Below, piece after piece: positions 19,401 through 28,627 of a stretch of DNA of 64,000 nucleotides. Every line of letters starts with the position of its first letter. The first letter of the stretch is position 1. A program made the position numbers and the translations under genes. The notes under the pieces were generated by a model. It did not search any database. It was not told where the DNA came from and worked only from the letters and a program-made list of their open reading frames with translations. The DNA lies in the sequence record SRR31156797_1413, one strand, 5' to 3'.

Positions 19401-19499
19401 GTCACCGCAGTTAAGCCCAGTACCTGTTGAGCCTAAAGTAAAAAGCCCCACTGCTGAAAGTGAGGCTTGGCTATCTGTTTTAAATATGACTTTTGTGGG

Positions 19500-20144
19500 T
19501 TAGAACTTGTAACCGCCGCCAATCATGAATACCCAAGGGTTGATTTCAACATCAGTGGCTTTTGCCACGCCATTGTGTGTGTAAGTCGCTTCGGTACTGA
19601 TGTCTATATACCAAACTGACGCGTTTAAGAACCAATCGTCGTTAAGCATATAGTCAACACCAGCATTTGCTGCTAATCCCCATGAATCATCAAGCTTAAG
19701 GTTCGCTAAACCTGCGCCTTCAGCTTTGCTGTTGAAACCTTCATCAAAGAAGAAGGTATAGTTGATACCTGCACCAATATATGGGCGAATGTCGCTTTCA
19801 GCCTGACCAAAATAGTATTGAACCATTAACGTTGGTGGTAAGTGTTTGGTATCGGCGATATTGCCTAAGTTTGATAGATCAGTATCAATGTCGTGGCTAA
19901 ATGGAGTCGCTGCCAATAACTCCAAGCTAACGTTATCAGTAAACATGTAACCAAGAGTTAAACCAAGCTGAACATCAGAATTTACTTTCAGCTCTTGGTC
20001 ACTGCCGAGAATTTTGTCACTGCTATCATTAGGTACTACAGCGGCCAACCCACCACGAACGATAAAATCGCCTTCTTTGTGAGCAAAAGCACTTCCAGAG
20101 GTAAGAAGTGCTAGAACCGCTGCGCTGCATAATGTTTTTTTCAT
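19500..20144 (-). CDS. ompW: Outer membrane protein W
   Basis: AHKEGDFIVRGG, ELLAATPFSH, HLPPTL and INPWVFMIGGGYKF motifs. Confidence 0.95.
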   Translation of the reverse strand: MKKTLCSAAVLALLTSGSAFAHKEGDFIVRGGLAAVVPNDSSDKILGSDQELKVNSDVQLGLTLGYMFTDNVSLELLAATPFSHDIDTDLSNLGNIADTKHLPPTLMVQYYFGQAESDIRPYIGAGINYTFFFDEGFNSKAEGAGLANLKLDDSWGLAANAGVDYMLNDDWFLNASVWYIDISTEATYTHNGVAKATDVEINPWVFMIGGGYKF

Positions 20145-20581
20145 TTTAATTTCCTTTACTTATATGTAGGGCTTTCTTTATTAATGAGTTACTGAATCAT
20201 TGTTATTTGTTAAGCAAAGTAACACATAATAACCTTACTAATTTTATGGAAATCAATTTGCTTCATTTGGTTAATGGTTTGGTTACATTTTTACCTGTGC
20301 GGTCACAATTTATCTAATATTTAGCGACATTTATGTAATGCGACTTTTGCGTGCATCACAAATTGGTAGCAGTTGATAAGAAGGTTAACTCTATGATTAA
20401 TAGCAAGTAACGCTTTAAGGAATGGCGGAGTTGTTGAGAAAAGCAATGAGCGGCATAACGACAGAGAGTTTTGTATAAGTAAAATCTAAGGGCTAAGAGC
20501 GCTTGATTTAAGGTTTGTTTTGTAGAAATTAGGTAACAAATGTAAATGGACGCCCAGTGAGGTGGGCGCCCATTGAGAGCA

Positions 20582-22063
20582 TTACAAATAACGCTGCGTT
20601 AAATGTTGTTTAAAGTGAGTTGGATTGAGAGTTTCACCTGTAGCTTGTTTAACTAACTCATCGGTCGTTAGTAGGCTGCCTTTGCTCCAAATGTTATCTG
20701 ACAACCAAGTGAAAATCGGTGTTAAATCTTTAGATTGAATCGCCGCGTCCACATCCACAGTTTTCTTCATCGCTGCCATAAATTGAGCGGCGTACATCGC
20801 ACCGAGGGTGTAACTCGGGAAGTAACCAAAAGCTCCGTCTGTCCAGTGAATGTCCTGCATACAACCGTTTTGATAGTTGTCTTTGGTCGACAAACCAATG
20901 TAAGACTGCATTTTGCTATCCCATAACTCTGGTACGTCGGTATGTTTGATTTTACCATTCATCAGATCACGTTCGATTTCATAACGCAGGATAACGTGGC
21001 TTGGGTAGGTTAGCTCATCGGCATCAACTCGGATAAAGCTTTTTTCCACTCGAGTGTAGAGCTTCTTCATATTGTTGACATCGAGTACGGCAAGGTCGCT
21101 ATCTTTAAAGTGAGTGGCAGCCAAGCCCGCGAGATGATGGATAAAGTGTTCGTTTCTTCCAACCTGCATTTCGAAGAACAGCGATTGTGACTCATGAATG
21201 CCCATAGAACGCGCTTCACCCGCAGGGTTACCTGCCAGATCTTTAGGTAAGCCTTGTTCATAACGAGCATGACCCGTTTCATGGACGATACCCATAAGTG
21301 ACTGAACAAACTCAGAATCACTGTAGCGCGTGGTGATGCGGACATCACTGGGTACTCCACCACAGAAGGGATGTACGCTTTCATCGAGGCGGCCGTGGTT
21401 GAAATCAAATTGCAGCAGTTTCATCACATCTAAACCGAGTGCTTTTTGTTTTTCAGACGCATAGTGCCCGTTCGGAAAGACCACTGAATCTGAGTTTTGT
21501 TTTTCGATCGCTTGATCAATAAGTGAAGGTAACCAGCTTTTAACGTCGTTAAATACTCGATCCAAAGATTGAGTCGTGGTTCCAGGTTCGTATATATCTA
21601 ACATTGCATCGTAAGGCGTTAACCCAGTGGCACTCGCCCTGATTGAGGCTTCTTCCTGAGAAAGCTTGACGACTTCTGCCCAGTTCTTTTCGAAACCTGC
21701 CCAATCATTAGACTTACGCTGGCTACGCCATGCATGCTCACATTTTGAACCTGCCAGTGATTTAGCTTGTACTAAGCTCTGAGGCAAAACATTAGCTTGT
21801 TGCCATTGTCGTTTCATCTCTCTTAACGTTGATTGCTGAACCACGTCGAGAGCTTCTGATTCTGCATTCGCAAACCATTCTCCTAACTGAGGTTGTGTCA
21901 TTAAGCCGTGAATATGAACAGATAGCTGAGCCATCGCTTCTGAGCGAGCTTGCGCACCACCGTGAGGCATCATAGCGGCTTGATCCCAACCACAGATAGC
22001 AGAGAGGTGGCTGAAGTGAGAAATGGTCTTAAAGTGTTGAACTAGCGTATTGAATGCATTCAT
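20582..22063 (-). CDS. Carboxypeptidase Taq (M32) family metallopeptidase
   Basis: HPF, DVRITTR, HETGH, HESQS, IRVDAD, QDIHW and GYFPSY motifs. Confidence 0.95.
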   Translation of the reverse strand: MNAFNTLVQHFKTISHFSHLSAICGWDQAAMMPHGGAQARSEAMAQLSVHIHGLMTQPQLGEWFANAESEALDVVQQSTLREMKRQWQQANVLPQSLVQAKSLAGSKCEHAWRSQRKSNDWAGFEKNWAEVVKLSQEEASIRASATGLTPYDAMLDIYEPGTTTQSLDRVFNDVKSWLPSLIDQAIEKQNSDSVVFPNGHYASEKQKALGLDVMKLLQFDFNHGRLDESVHPFCGGVPSDVRITTRYSDSEFVQSLMGIVHETGHARYEQGLPKDLAGNPAGEARSMGIHESQSLFFEMQVGRNEHFIHHLAGLAATHFKDSDLAVLDVNNMKKLYTRVEKSFIRVDADELTYPSHVILRYEIERDLMNGKIKHTDVPELWDSKMQSYIGLSTKDNYQNGCMQDIHWTDGAFGYFPSYTLGAMYAAQFMAAMKKTVDVDAAIQSKDLTPIFTWLSDNIWSKGSLLTTDELVKQATGETLNPTHFKQHLTQRYL

Positions 22064-22231
22064 AGAAAATCTTCCCTAACTGGAGATACCTAAGCAGTGT
22101 ATCAAGCGCGAATCTATTCACCAAGCTCGACAAGCAAACGGAATTCTGTTGAAGCGTCCTTAACTTGCTCAATGAGCAGAAAATTACTTCTTTGTAGGCA
22201 GCTTATTGCTTTATCTAAAAACGCTAATTTA

Positions 22232-22244
22232 TAAGTGATTGATT
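22232..22244 (-). promoter_or_regulatory. IHF site upstream of hcp
   Basis: Reverse complement AATCAATCACTTA matches WATCAANNNNTTR exactly. Confidence 0.65.
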
Positions 22245-22261
22245 TTATAAGTATATATTTT

Positions 22262-22276
22262 TGGCATTTCACTTGC
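22262..22276 (+). promoter_or_regulatory. sigma54 (-24/-12) promoter of hcp
   Basis: TGGCATTTCACTTGC, GG-N10-GC spacing. Confidence 0.8.
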
Positions 22277-22342
22277 TCTGTATGGAATGGAAAAACAATC
22301 GCATATCGCGTTTTACCCATTGATAATAAAGAGGAATTTATA

Positions 22343-22861
22343 ATGCCAACTCCATGTTATATCTCGATTGACGGTCAAACACAGGGTCTTATCACTTCAG
22401 GCGCATGTACTTCGGATTCGATTGGCGATTCGTTCGTAGAAGGTCACGAAGATGAGATGCTAGTACAACAGTTCGATCATAACGTAACAGTACCAACTGA
22501 CCCTCAGTCTGGTCAGCCTTCAGGTCAACGAGTTCATAAGCCATTTCAGTTCACTGTTGCTTTGAACAAAGCAGTACCATTGCTTTATAACGCATTAGCT
22601 TCTGGCGAAAAAATGAAGACCGTTGAACTAAAATGGTACCGTACTTCAATTGAAGGTAAACAAGAAAACTTCTTTATCACTAAGCTAGAAAACGCTTCTA
22701 TTGTTGATATCCACTGTGAGATGCCACACTGTCAGGATCCAGCAAAATCAGATTTTACTCAAAACCTCACTGTTTCAATGTCTTACCGTAAGATTACTTG
22801 GGATCACGTCAACGCAGGTACATCTGGTTCAGATGACTGGCGTAAGCCTATCGAAGCATAA
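22343..22861 (+). CDS. hcp: Type VI secretion tube protein Hcp (orphan copy)
   Basis: MPTPCYISIDGQTQG...GHEDEMLVQ...PSGQRVHKP...SDDWRKPIEA, 172 aa; GAGGA SD. Confidence 0.96.
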   Translation: MPTPCYISIDGQTQGLITSGACTSDSIGDSFVEGHEDEMLVQQFDHNVTVPTDPQSGQPSGQRVHKPFQFTVALNKAVPLLYNALASGEKMKTVELKWYRTSIEGKQENFFITKLENASIVDIHCEMPHCQDPAKSDFTQNLTVSMSYRKITWDHVNAGTSGSDDWRKPIEA

Positions 22862-22887
22862 GCTTAGTTTAACTAAGTTTTATGGAA

Positions 22888-22917
22888 AAATGCCGCTAGA
22901 GTTACTAGCGGCATTTC
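22888..22917. terminator. Bidirectional terminator right after hcp
   Basis: AAATGCCGCTAG-AGTTA-CTAGCGGCATTT. Confidence 0.75.
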
Positions 22918-22925
22918 TATATTGA

Positions 22926-23831
22926 TTAACTGGCTTTTATTGGTTTTCTGCGCCAGAGTTGTTGGCCAAACACATTGATTAGTGCTCCAGAGACAATAAA
23001 TGCCCCTCCAATGTAAGTCCACATTGCTGGAATCTCATCAAAGTAAACGACACCAATCACTATAGAAAAAACAATTTGAACATAAGAGAATGCAGAGGCT
23101 TTTCCTGCTTCTTGCGTTTTCATCGCTTTGGTTAAACCGTATTGACCGATTTGGGTAAAGATACCAATCATTACCAGCATAAATGCTAAATGAAGGTCGG
23201 GCCAAATGAACTCATTCCACACCAGAATGACGGAGATCGGAGTAGCGATCATAGGGAAGTACAAAATGATAACCGAGCTGTCTTCGGTTTGACTTAGCTT
23301 ACGTACGATGACGTAAGCAATCGAGCTACCAAAAGCCCCCAAAAGCGCGATAACAACACTGAAAGTCGGTAAATTCACTTCTGCAGAGTCGTTTAACTCG
23401 GGCAGTAAAATACAATACAGCCCTAAAATACACAGTAGGATACAAATCAATGTGGTTGGTTGTATTCTTTCTTTCAAAAAGAATACGGCGAGCAGGGCGG
23501 TAAATATAGGGTGGACGTATTGCAAGATCGTCGCTTCGGCGAGCGGTAATGATGTTACTGAGTAGTAAACACAGATCAAAGAAAACGTGCCAATTGCGCC
23601 CCTTAAGAGCAGTAGCGGTTTGTTATTGCCCCAAACTGAAATCTTTTTCCGTTTTACGTCTGCATAACTGATGATGAATGAAACTAATGCCCTTGCCGCG
23701 ACGATTTCAAATACAGGGATACCGTATTCGTGGACTGCTTTTACTGAAGCTGACATGAGAGCAAAGCCCAGCGCAGACAACATCATAAAACGGACGCCAA
23801 CGGGGATTAGCGGCAATTGATTAGTTTGCAT
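22926..23831 (-). CDS. DMT/EamA family transporter
   Basis: About 10 TM segments in two EamA halves; LPLAEATILQYVHPIF..LL..FFLKER. Confidence 0.9.
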   Translation of the reverse strand: MQTNQLPLIPVGVRFMMLSALGFALMSASVKAVHEYGIPVFEIVAARALVSFIISYADVKRKKISVWGNNKPLLLLRGAIGTFSLICVYYSVTSLPLAEATILQYVHPIFTALLAVFFLKERIQPTTLICILLCILGLYCILLPELNDSAEVNLPTFSVVIALLGAFGSSIAYVIVRKLSQTEDSSVIILYFPMIATPISVILVWNEFIWPDLHLAFMLVMIGIFTQIGQYGLTKAMKTQEAGKASAFSYVQIVFSIVIGVVYFDEIPAMWTYIGGAFIVSGALINVFGQQLWRRKPIKAS

Positions 23832-24096
23832 AGAATGAGTGAACTTGTTGCAGAGAAAATAGGGCGTTACTTTATCGTTAGGACAGTACGATGTCTCGTA
23901 CTTTTTAATAAAGAGCCATTACAACACTTACTTAGCATAATTTTATCGGCTATTGTATATGGGCTAATAGAAATATCAGCAAACACCATTTTTATTGGTA
24001 CTAGGATAGTACCTTCTGTATTTACTTATATTCGAGCCTTTATGGCTTTAAGTCCGTTTCCCCTGAAATGGTTGCAACGGCTAAGGAAAATTATGA

Positions 24097-25452
24097 ATGC
24101 AAACAGTTTGGATTAAGAATCCTCTCGCGATATACACAGGGAATGACCACGATGCTCGTGGTGGGATAGTGATTCGCGAAAACAAAATTATTGAGCTGGT
24201 TCCACAAAACGGTTCACCCTCTATTAATTGCGATTATACCGTTGACGCTTCACGTCACGTTGTCACTCCTGGTTTAATCAATGCCCATCATCACTTCTAT
24301 CAAACGTTGACCCGTGCTTACCCGGGCGCTTTGAACAAAGAGTTGTTTCATTGGTTGAAAAGCCTCTATCCCGTTTGGGCTAATCTTGATGACGAAATGC
24401 ATAGCGTGGCGACAGAGTTGGCTCTTGTTGAACTTATGCTATCTGGGTGTACCACCGCATCTGACCACCATTATTTGCTTCCATCTGGTTTAGAGCATGC
24501 TATTGATTTACAAGTACAAGCCGCAAGTAAACTGGGTGTCAGAGCAATATTTACCCGAGGCTCTATGAGTCTCGGCGAAGATCAGGGCGGTCTACCTCCT
24601 AGACAGACCATCCAGACCGAACAGACAATTATTGATGATAGTGAGCGCCTGATTTCTCAATATCACCAAACTCACGACGGTGCGATGACGCAAATAGCCT
24701 TAGCTCCTTGCTCTCCATTCTCCGTGACAACGGATTTAATGAAGGAAACCGCGCGAATCGCAAAACGCGAAGCGGTAATGACGCATACTCATTTGTGCGA
24801 AACCATCGATGAAGAAAACTTCTGTATTAAAAGTTTCGGCATGCGTCCGGTGGACTATTTGGAAGATGTGGGTTGGCTCAATGAGCGAACCTGGCTTGCT
24901 CATGGCATTCATTTTAACTCGGAAGAGATCGTCAGATTAGGTAAAGCAGCCGTGGGGATTTGCCATTGTCCAACGTCTAACATGATGCTGGCGTCGGGGA
25001 TGTGTAAAAACCTAGAACTGGAATCTGCGGGTGTTAAAGTTGGCTTAGGTGTTGACGGCTCCGCATCGAATGATGGTTCTAATATGATTGCTGAAGTCCG
25101 CATGGCTATGTACTTACAACGTCTGCAATATGGTTCCGCTCAAGTTACGCATTTCGACGCTCTTCGCTGGGCAACAAAAGGTTCAGCTTTAGCGATGGGG
25201 CGTGAGGATATCGGTGAGATCAACGTTGGGCTAGAAGCTGATATCGCCATGTTTAAGTTAGATGACATTCGCTTCTCTGGAAGTCACGATCCATTAGCCG
25301 CATTGTTACTGTGTGGTGCGCAACAAGCTGACCGTGTAATGGTTGCCGGGCATTGGCGTGTGATGGATGGTGAAATGGTTGGTGTAAATATGGAACAATT
25401 ACTTGCAAGACACACCGCAGCAGCCAAACGTTTAGCTAAACTCGCCAGTTAA
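24097..25452 (+). CDS. 8-oxoguanine deaminase (amidohydrolase family)
   Basis: PGLINAHHHFYQTLTRA, DHHY, APCSPFSVT, HTHLCET, HCPTSN and GVDGSASND motifs. Confidence 0.88.
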   Translation: MQTVWIKNPLAIYTGNDHDARGGIVIRENKIIELVPQNGSPSINCDYTVDASRHVVTPGLINAHHHFYQTLTRAYPGALNKELFHWLKSLYPVWANLDDEMHSVATELALVELMLSGCTTASDHHYLLPSGLEHAIDLQVQAASKLGVRAIFTRGSMSLGEDQGGLPPRQTIQTEQTIIDDSERLISQYHQTHDGAMTQIALAPCSPFSVTTDLMKETARIAKREAVMTHTHLCETIDEENFCIKSFGMRPVDYLEDVGWLNERTWLAHGIHFNSEEIVRLGKAAVGICHCPTSNMMLASGMCKNLELESAGVKVGLGVDGSASNDGSNMIAEVRMAMYLQRLQYGSAQVTHFDALRWATKGSALAMGREDIGEINVGLEADIAMFKLDDIRFSGSHDPLAALLLCGAQQADRVMVAGHWRVMDGEMVGVNMEQLLARHTAAAKRLAKLAS

Positions 25453-25535
25453 TACTGCGTTGGTTTAAAAGTCATAGAGACAGTAAGAGATCTTTGTTGT
25501 ATAACGAAGATCTCTTTTTTCATCAGGGATTGATA

Positions 25536-26174
25536 ATGTACATTCAGAATTTCGAAGCCTTCCTTATTGCGATTACCATTCTAACTCTTACACCCGGTTT
25601 GGACACTGCGTTGGTGATTCGTAATACCTCACGAGCGGGCTTAGCGGACGGATGCAGTACCAGTTTAGGCATTTGTACAGGTTTGTTTGTCCACGCGACG
25701 TTCTCGGCTATTGGGATCTCAGCGATTCTTGCTCAATCGGCAGAGTTGTTTCACTTGGTCAAAATGGTGGGTGCGGCGTATTTAATCTGGCTTGGCTTGT
25801 CTAGCCTGCGTGCATTAATGAAATCAGGGCAGGGTATCAACGTCTCGTCAGCAGCGCACTCTTCATTGAGTTTAAAACGTTCTCTACGCGAAGGATTTTT
25901 ATCGAATGTGTTGAACCCTAAAACCGCCGTGTTCTACTTAGCGTTCTTGCCTCAGTTTATTAATCCAGAACATTCGCCATTGCTTCAATCGTTACTTATG
26001 GCTGCTATTCATTTCATCATTGCTATGATTTGGCAGTGTGGGTTGGCGACAGCTTTAAGTTCGGCGAAGAACTTATTAAAAAACGCGTCATTTATGCGTT
26101 GGATGGAAGGCACTACGGGGGTTGTGTTAGTAGCGCTGGGGGTAAAACTTTTGTTAGAGAAAGAAACCGTTTGA
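25536..26174 (+). CDS. LysE/RhtB family translocator
   Basis: TPGLDT, GAAYLIWLG and GFLSNVLNPK motifs; ATG 25536. Confidence 0.9.
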   Translation: MYIQNFEAFLIAITILTLTPGLDTALVIRNTSRAGLADGCSTSLGICTGLFVHATFSAIGISAILAQSAELFHLVKMVGAAYLIWLGLSSLRALMKSGQGINVSSAAHSSLSLKRSLREGFLSNVLNPKTAVFYLAFLPQFINPEHSPLLQSLLMAAIHFIIAMIWQCGLATALSSAKNLLKNASFMRWMEGTTGVVLVALGVKLLLEKETV

Positions 26175-26195
26175 TACATCGATAATATAGAAACA

Positions 26196-26223
26196 AAAAT
26201 AGCGCCAACTCGGCGCTATTTTT
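26196..26223. terminator. Bidirectional terminator
   Basis: AAAATAGCGCC-AACTC-GGCGCTATTTTT. Confidence 0.75.
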
Positions 26224-26236
26224 GTATTCGTCATGA

Positions 26237-27604
26237 TTAAACCGTGACGTTTGAGTACTTCGTCTGAGCTTGAAAGTAATGCTTGGTTTCTTCAATCACC
26301 ACGTGGCGAAGAGCAATTAAACCAATTAGGTTAGGAATCGCCATCAAACCGTTCACGATATCGGCGATAATCCAAATCATATCCAGATGTAAAAATGCGC
26401 CTGAAGCAACTAATGCAATGAAGATAATTTTGTAAGGCAGTACGGCTTTTGTTCCTAACAGGAATACAACACAGCGTTCACCATAGTAGTTCCAACCAAG
26501 AATAGTAGTAAAGGCGAAGAACATAAGGCCAATTGAAACCAGCATTGGGCCTAGCGTATCTGCGTTTAAACCAATAGCAAAAGCGTGTGTTGTCATTGCT
26601 GCACCCGCTAAATCTGTCTGCCAAGCACCGGTTAGAATCAGTGCCAGACCTGTCATTGTACAGATAATGATGGTATCGAAGAAGGTTCCTGTCATTGAGA
26701 TCAACCCTTGTTTCACACAAGAGTCAGTTTTGGCTGCCGCTGCCGCCATTGGCGCGCTACCTAAGCCAGATTCATTCGAGAATACACCGCGAGCAATACC
26801 GGATTGTATTGCCAGCATGATGCTTGCACCTAAGAAACCACCCGTAGCTGCTGTTGATGTGAATGCCGAAACAACAACAAGTTCTAACGCATTGAGCAGT
26901 TGATCTGCGTTAGTAATAATCACACTCAAACAAGCAATAACATAAAACACGGCCATAGTCGGTACAACTTTACCTGCGACTTTAGCAATAGATTGAATGC
27001 CGCCAATAGTCACAAACGCCACTAAAATAGTTAAGACAACTGCTGATACTTCACGAGGGACACCAAAAGAGATTTGAGAAGCATCTAAAATTGCGTTGAC
27101 TTGTGGGAAGGTACCGATACCAAAGCAAGCGACACCCAGTGCGAACACGGCAAACAGTACCGCTAACACTTTTGAGCCGACGCCATATTGCAAGTAGTAC
27201 ATTGGGCCGCCAAGCATTTGGCCGTTTTCATCGACTTTGCGATATTTTACCGCTAACAAACACTCTGCATATTTAGTTGCCATGCCAAATACCGCAGCGA
27301 GCCACATCCAGAATAGCGCACCTGGACCACCCAGTTTAATCGCGGTTGCAACACCGACGATGTTACCAGTACCGATGGTGGCAGATAGGGCAGTACACAG
27401 TGCTGCGAAACTAGAAACATCACCTTGTTTATCTGCATTTTTGTCTTTGGTAAAAACCATTTTCAGAGCGGTTGGCAGATGACGGAACTGAAGTAGTCCC
27501 AAGCGGAAGGTAAAGTAGATACCGGTACCCACAAGCAGAATGAGAAGAGGCGGACCCCAAATGAAACTGTCGATGGATTGTAAAATTGATTGAAGGTTTG
27601 TCAT
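26237..27604 (-). CDS. Sodium:alanine/glycine symporter (AGCS family)
   Basis: GTGNIVGVATAI, GGPGALFWMW, GGPMYY and RGVFSNESGLGS motifs. Confidence 0.95.
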   Translation of the reverse strand: MTNLQSILQSIDSFIWGPPLLILLVGTGIYFTFRLGLLQFRHLPTALKMVFTKDKNADKQGDVSSFAALCTALSATIGTGNIVGVATAIKLGGPGALFWMWLAAVFGMATKYAECLLAVKYRKVDENGQMLGGPMYYLQYGVGSKVLAVLFAVFALGVACFGIGTFPQVNAILDASQISFGVPREVSAVVLTILVAFVTIGGIQSIAKVAGKVVPTMAVFYVIACLSVIITNADQLLNALELVVVSAFTSTAATGGFLGASIMLAIQSGIARGVFSNESGLGSAPMAAAAAKTDSCVKQGLISMTGTFFDTIIICTMTGLALILTGAWQTDLAGAAMTTHAFAIGLNADTLGPMLVSIGLMFFAFTTILGWNYYGERCVVFLLGTKAVLPYKIIFIALVASGAFLHLDMIWIIADIVNGLMAIPNLIGLIALRHVVIEETKHYFQAQTKYSNVTV

Positions 27605-27717
27605 GATTTCCCCTTAAAAATACCAAATATAAGGAGAAGAGAGAAAGGGTGTGCAAATTGTGTTTGTATAATCTGAAGCTAAATTATAGCGACAGAGATC
27701 ATCTTGTTGCCTTTCGC

Positions 27718-27943
27718 TCCTCTGTCCTTTTGCCTGAGAGTTTCACCCTGCTATGAATTAGCAGAACTTGCTCCTTCGGCGACCGATTTAACGGTTCTCT
27801 CCAGAGGTTCCTCCAACTACAGTCCTCGCTTTCTCTTAAATTAAGAATAAAGCACCTGAAAGATTTACTTCTTCGGCGGGTCATACTCACTAAAGTTGTT
27901 ACCTTTAGGTTAATGGCCTCTCTCCTGCAGTCTTCATCGGAAC
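27718..27943 (-). ncRNA. Tandem glycine riboswitch (two aptamers, 5' leader)
   Basis: Minus strand: GAAGACTGCAGGAGAG...CCGCCGAAGAAGTAAATCTTTCAGGTGC...GAGGACTGTAGTTGGAGGAACCTCTGGAGAGAACCG...CGCCGAAGGAGCAAG...GTGAAACTCTCAGGCAAAAGGACAGAGGA, matching the classical Vibrio glycine riboswitch, upstream of the symporter. Confidence 0.96.
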
Positions 27944-28327
27944 AATTATCTTATTGATAAATAAAACGTTCTTTAATTTGTGAATGTTAAATTTATGTTG
28001 ATAATCAGTAGGTTACATTAATATGTGACCTAAGGCGTGTAATTTATCAAAATGAGGACTGAGATCAAGCTTTTTATCTATTCAATATTGAACACACTAC
28101 ATTAGTGATTGTTAATGCAAAAAATAAACATTAAAAATACAATATTGTATACGATTATGTATTCTTATTTCGTCGGTTTAAACGTGAATAAACACAGGTA
28201 TTGATTAAATTGCCTGTTTGGGTATGAGAGTGATTATTATGTAACTATATGATTAATAAAGTTTAACTTTCTTTATTCTTCGATTGTACGATAAAGAACC
28301 TTGTATAATTTTAAGTATTCAGTTCAT

Positions 28328-28388
28328 TTCACCAAATTAGTACTTAATGCCTAATTTCGGTGCATAAGTTTTGTTCATATCTGGCGCA
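28328..28388. promoter_or_regulatory. Candidate NtrC-type enhancer sites
   Basis: TGCCTAATTTCGGTGCA (28348-28364), flanked by the weaker TTCACCAAATTAGTACT and TGTTCATATCTGGCGCA; compare TGCACC-N5-GGTGCA. Confidence 0.5.
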
Positions 28389-28429
28389 TATCTGTTCGTT
28401 TAGTAAAAACTAATTGACTTTATTTTAAT

Positions 28430-28442
28430 TAATATATTGATT
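28430..28442 (-). promoter_or_regulatory. IHF site between the enhancer and the sigma54 promoter
   Basis: Reverse complement AATCAATATATTA matches WATCAANNNNTTR exactly. Confidence 0.6.
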
Positions 28443-28482
28443 TATATGAATAAATATAAGATTGATCTTTTATTTTTTATAC

Positions 28483-28497
28483 TGGCATACCCATTGC
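28483..28497 (+). promoter_or_regulatory. sigma54 promoter of the ABC/racemase operon
   Basis: TGGCATACCCATTGC, GG-N10-GC spacing. Confidence 0.8.
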
Positions 28498-28627
28498 ATA
28501 CATTAAACCGTCATTATTGTGAACAATCTATCTTTGTATTGTTCACAATGTGGTAGTGGATGCTTAAATGATTTCGTGTTCATCAATTTGTTGAACAATC
28601 AGTTAAAAAATAAATGGAGTTATACAG

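Noticed and set aside
23817-24116. 99-aa ORF spanning the DMT/deaminase intergenic region
   Set aside because: Overlaps both neighbours and a divergent promoter; no SD or family signal
27699-27890. 63-aa minus-strand ORF
   Set aside because: Lies within the glycine riboswitch
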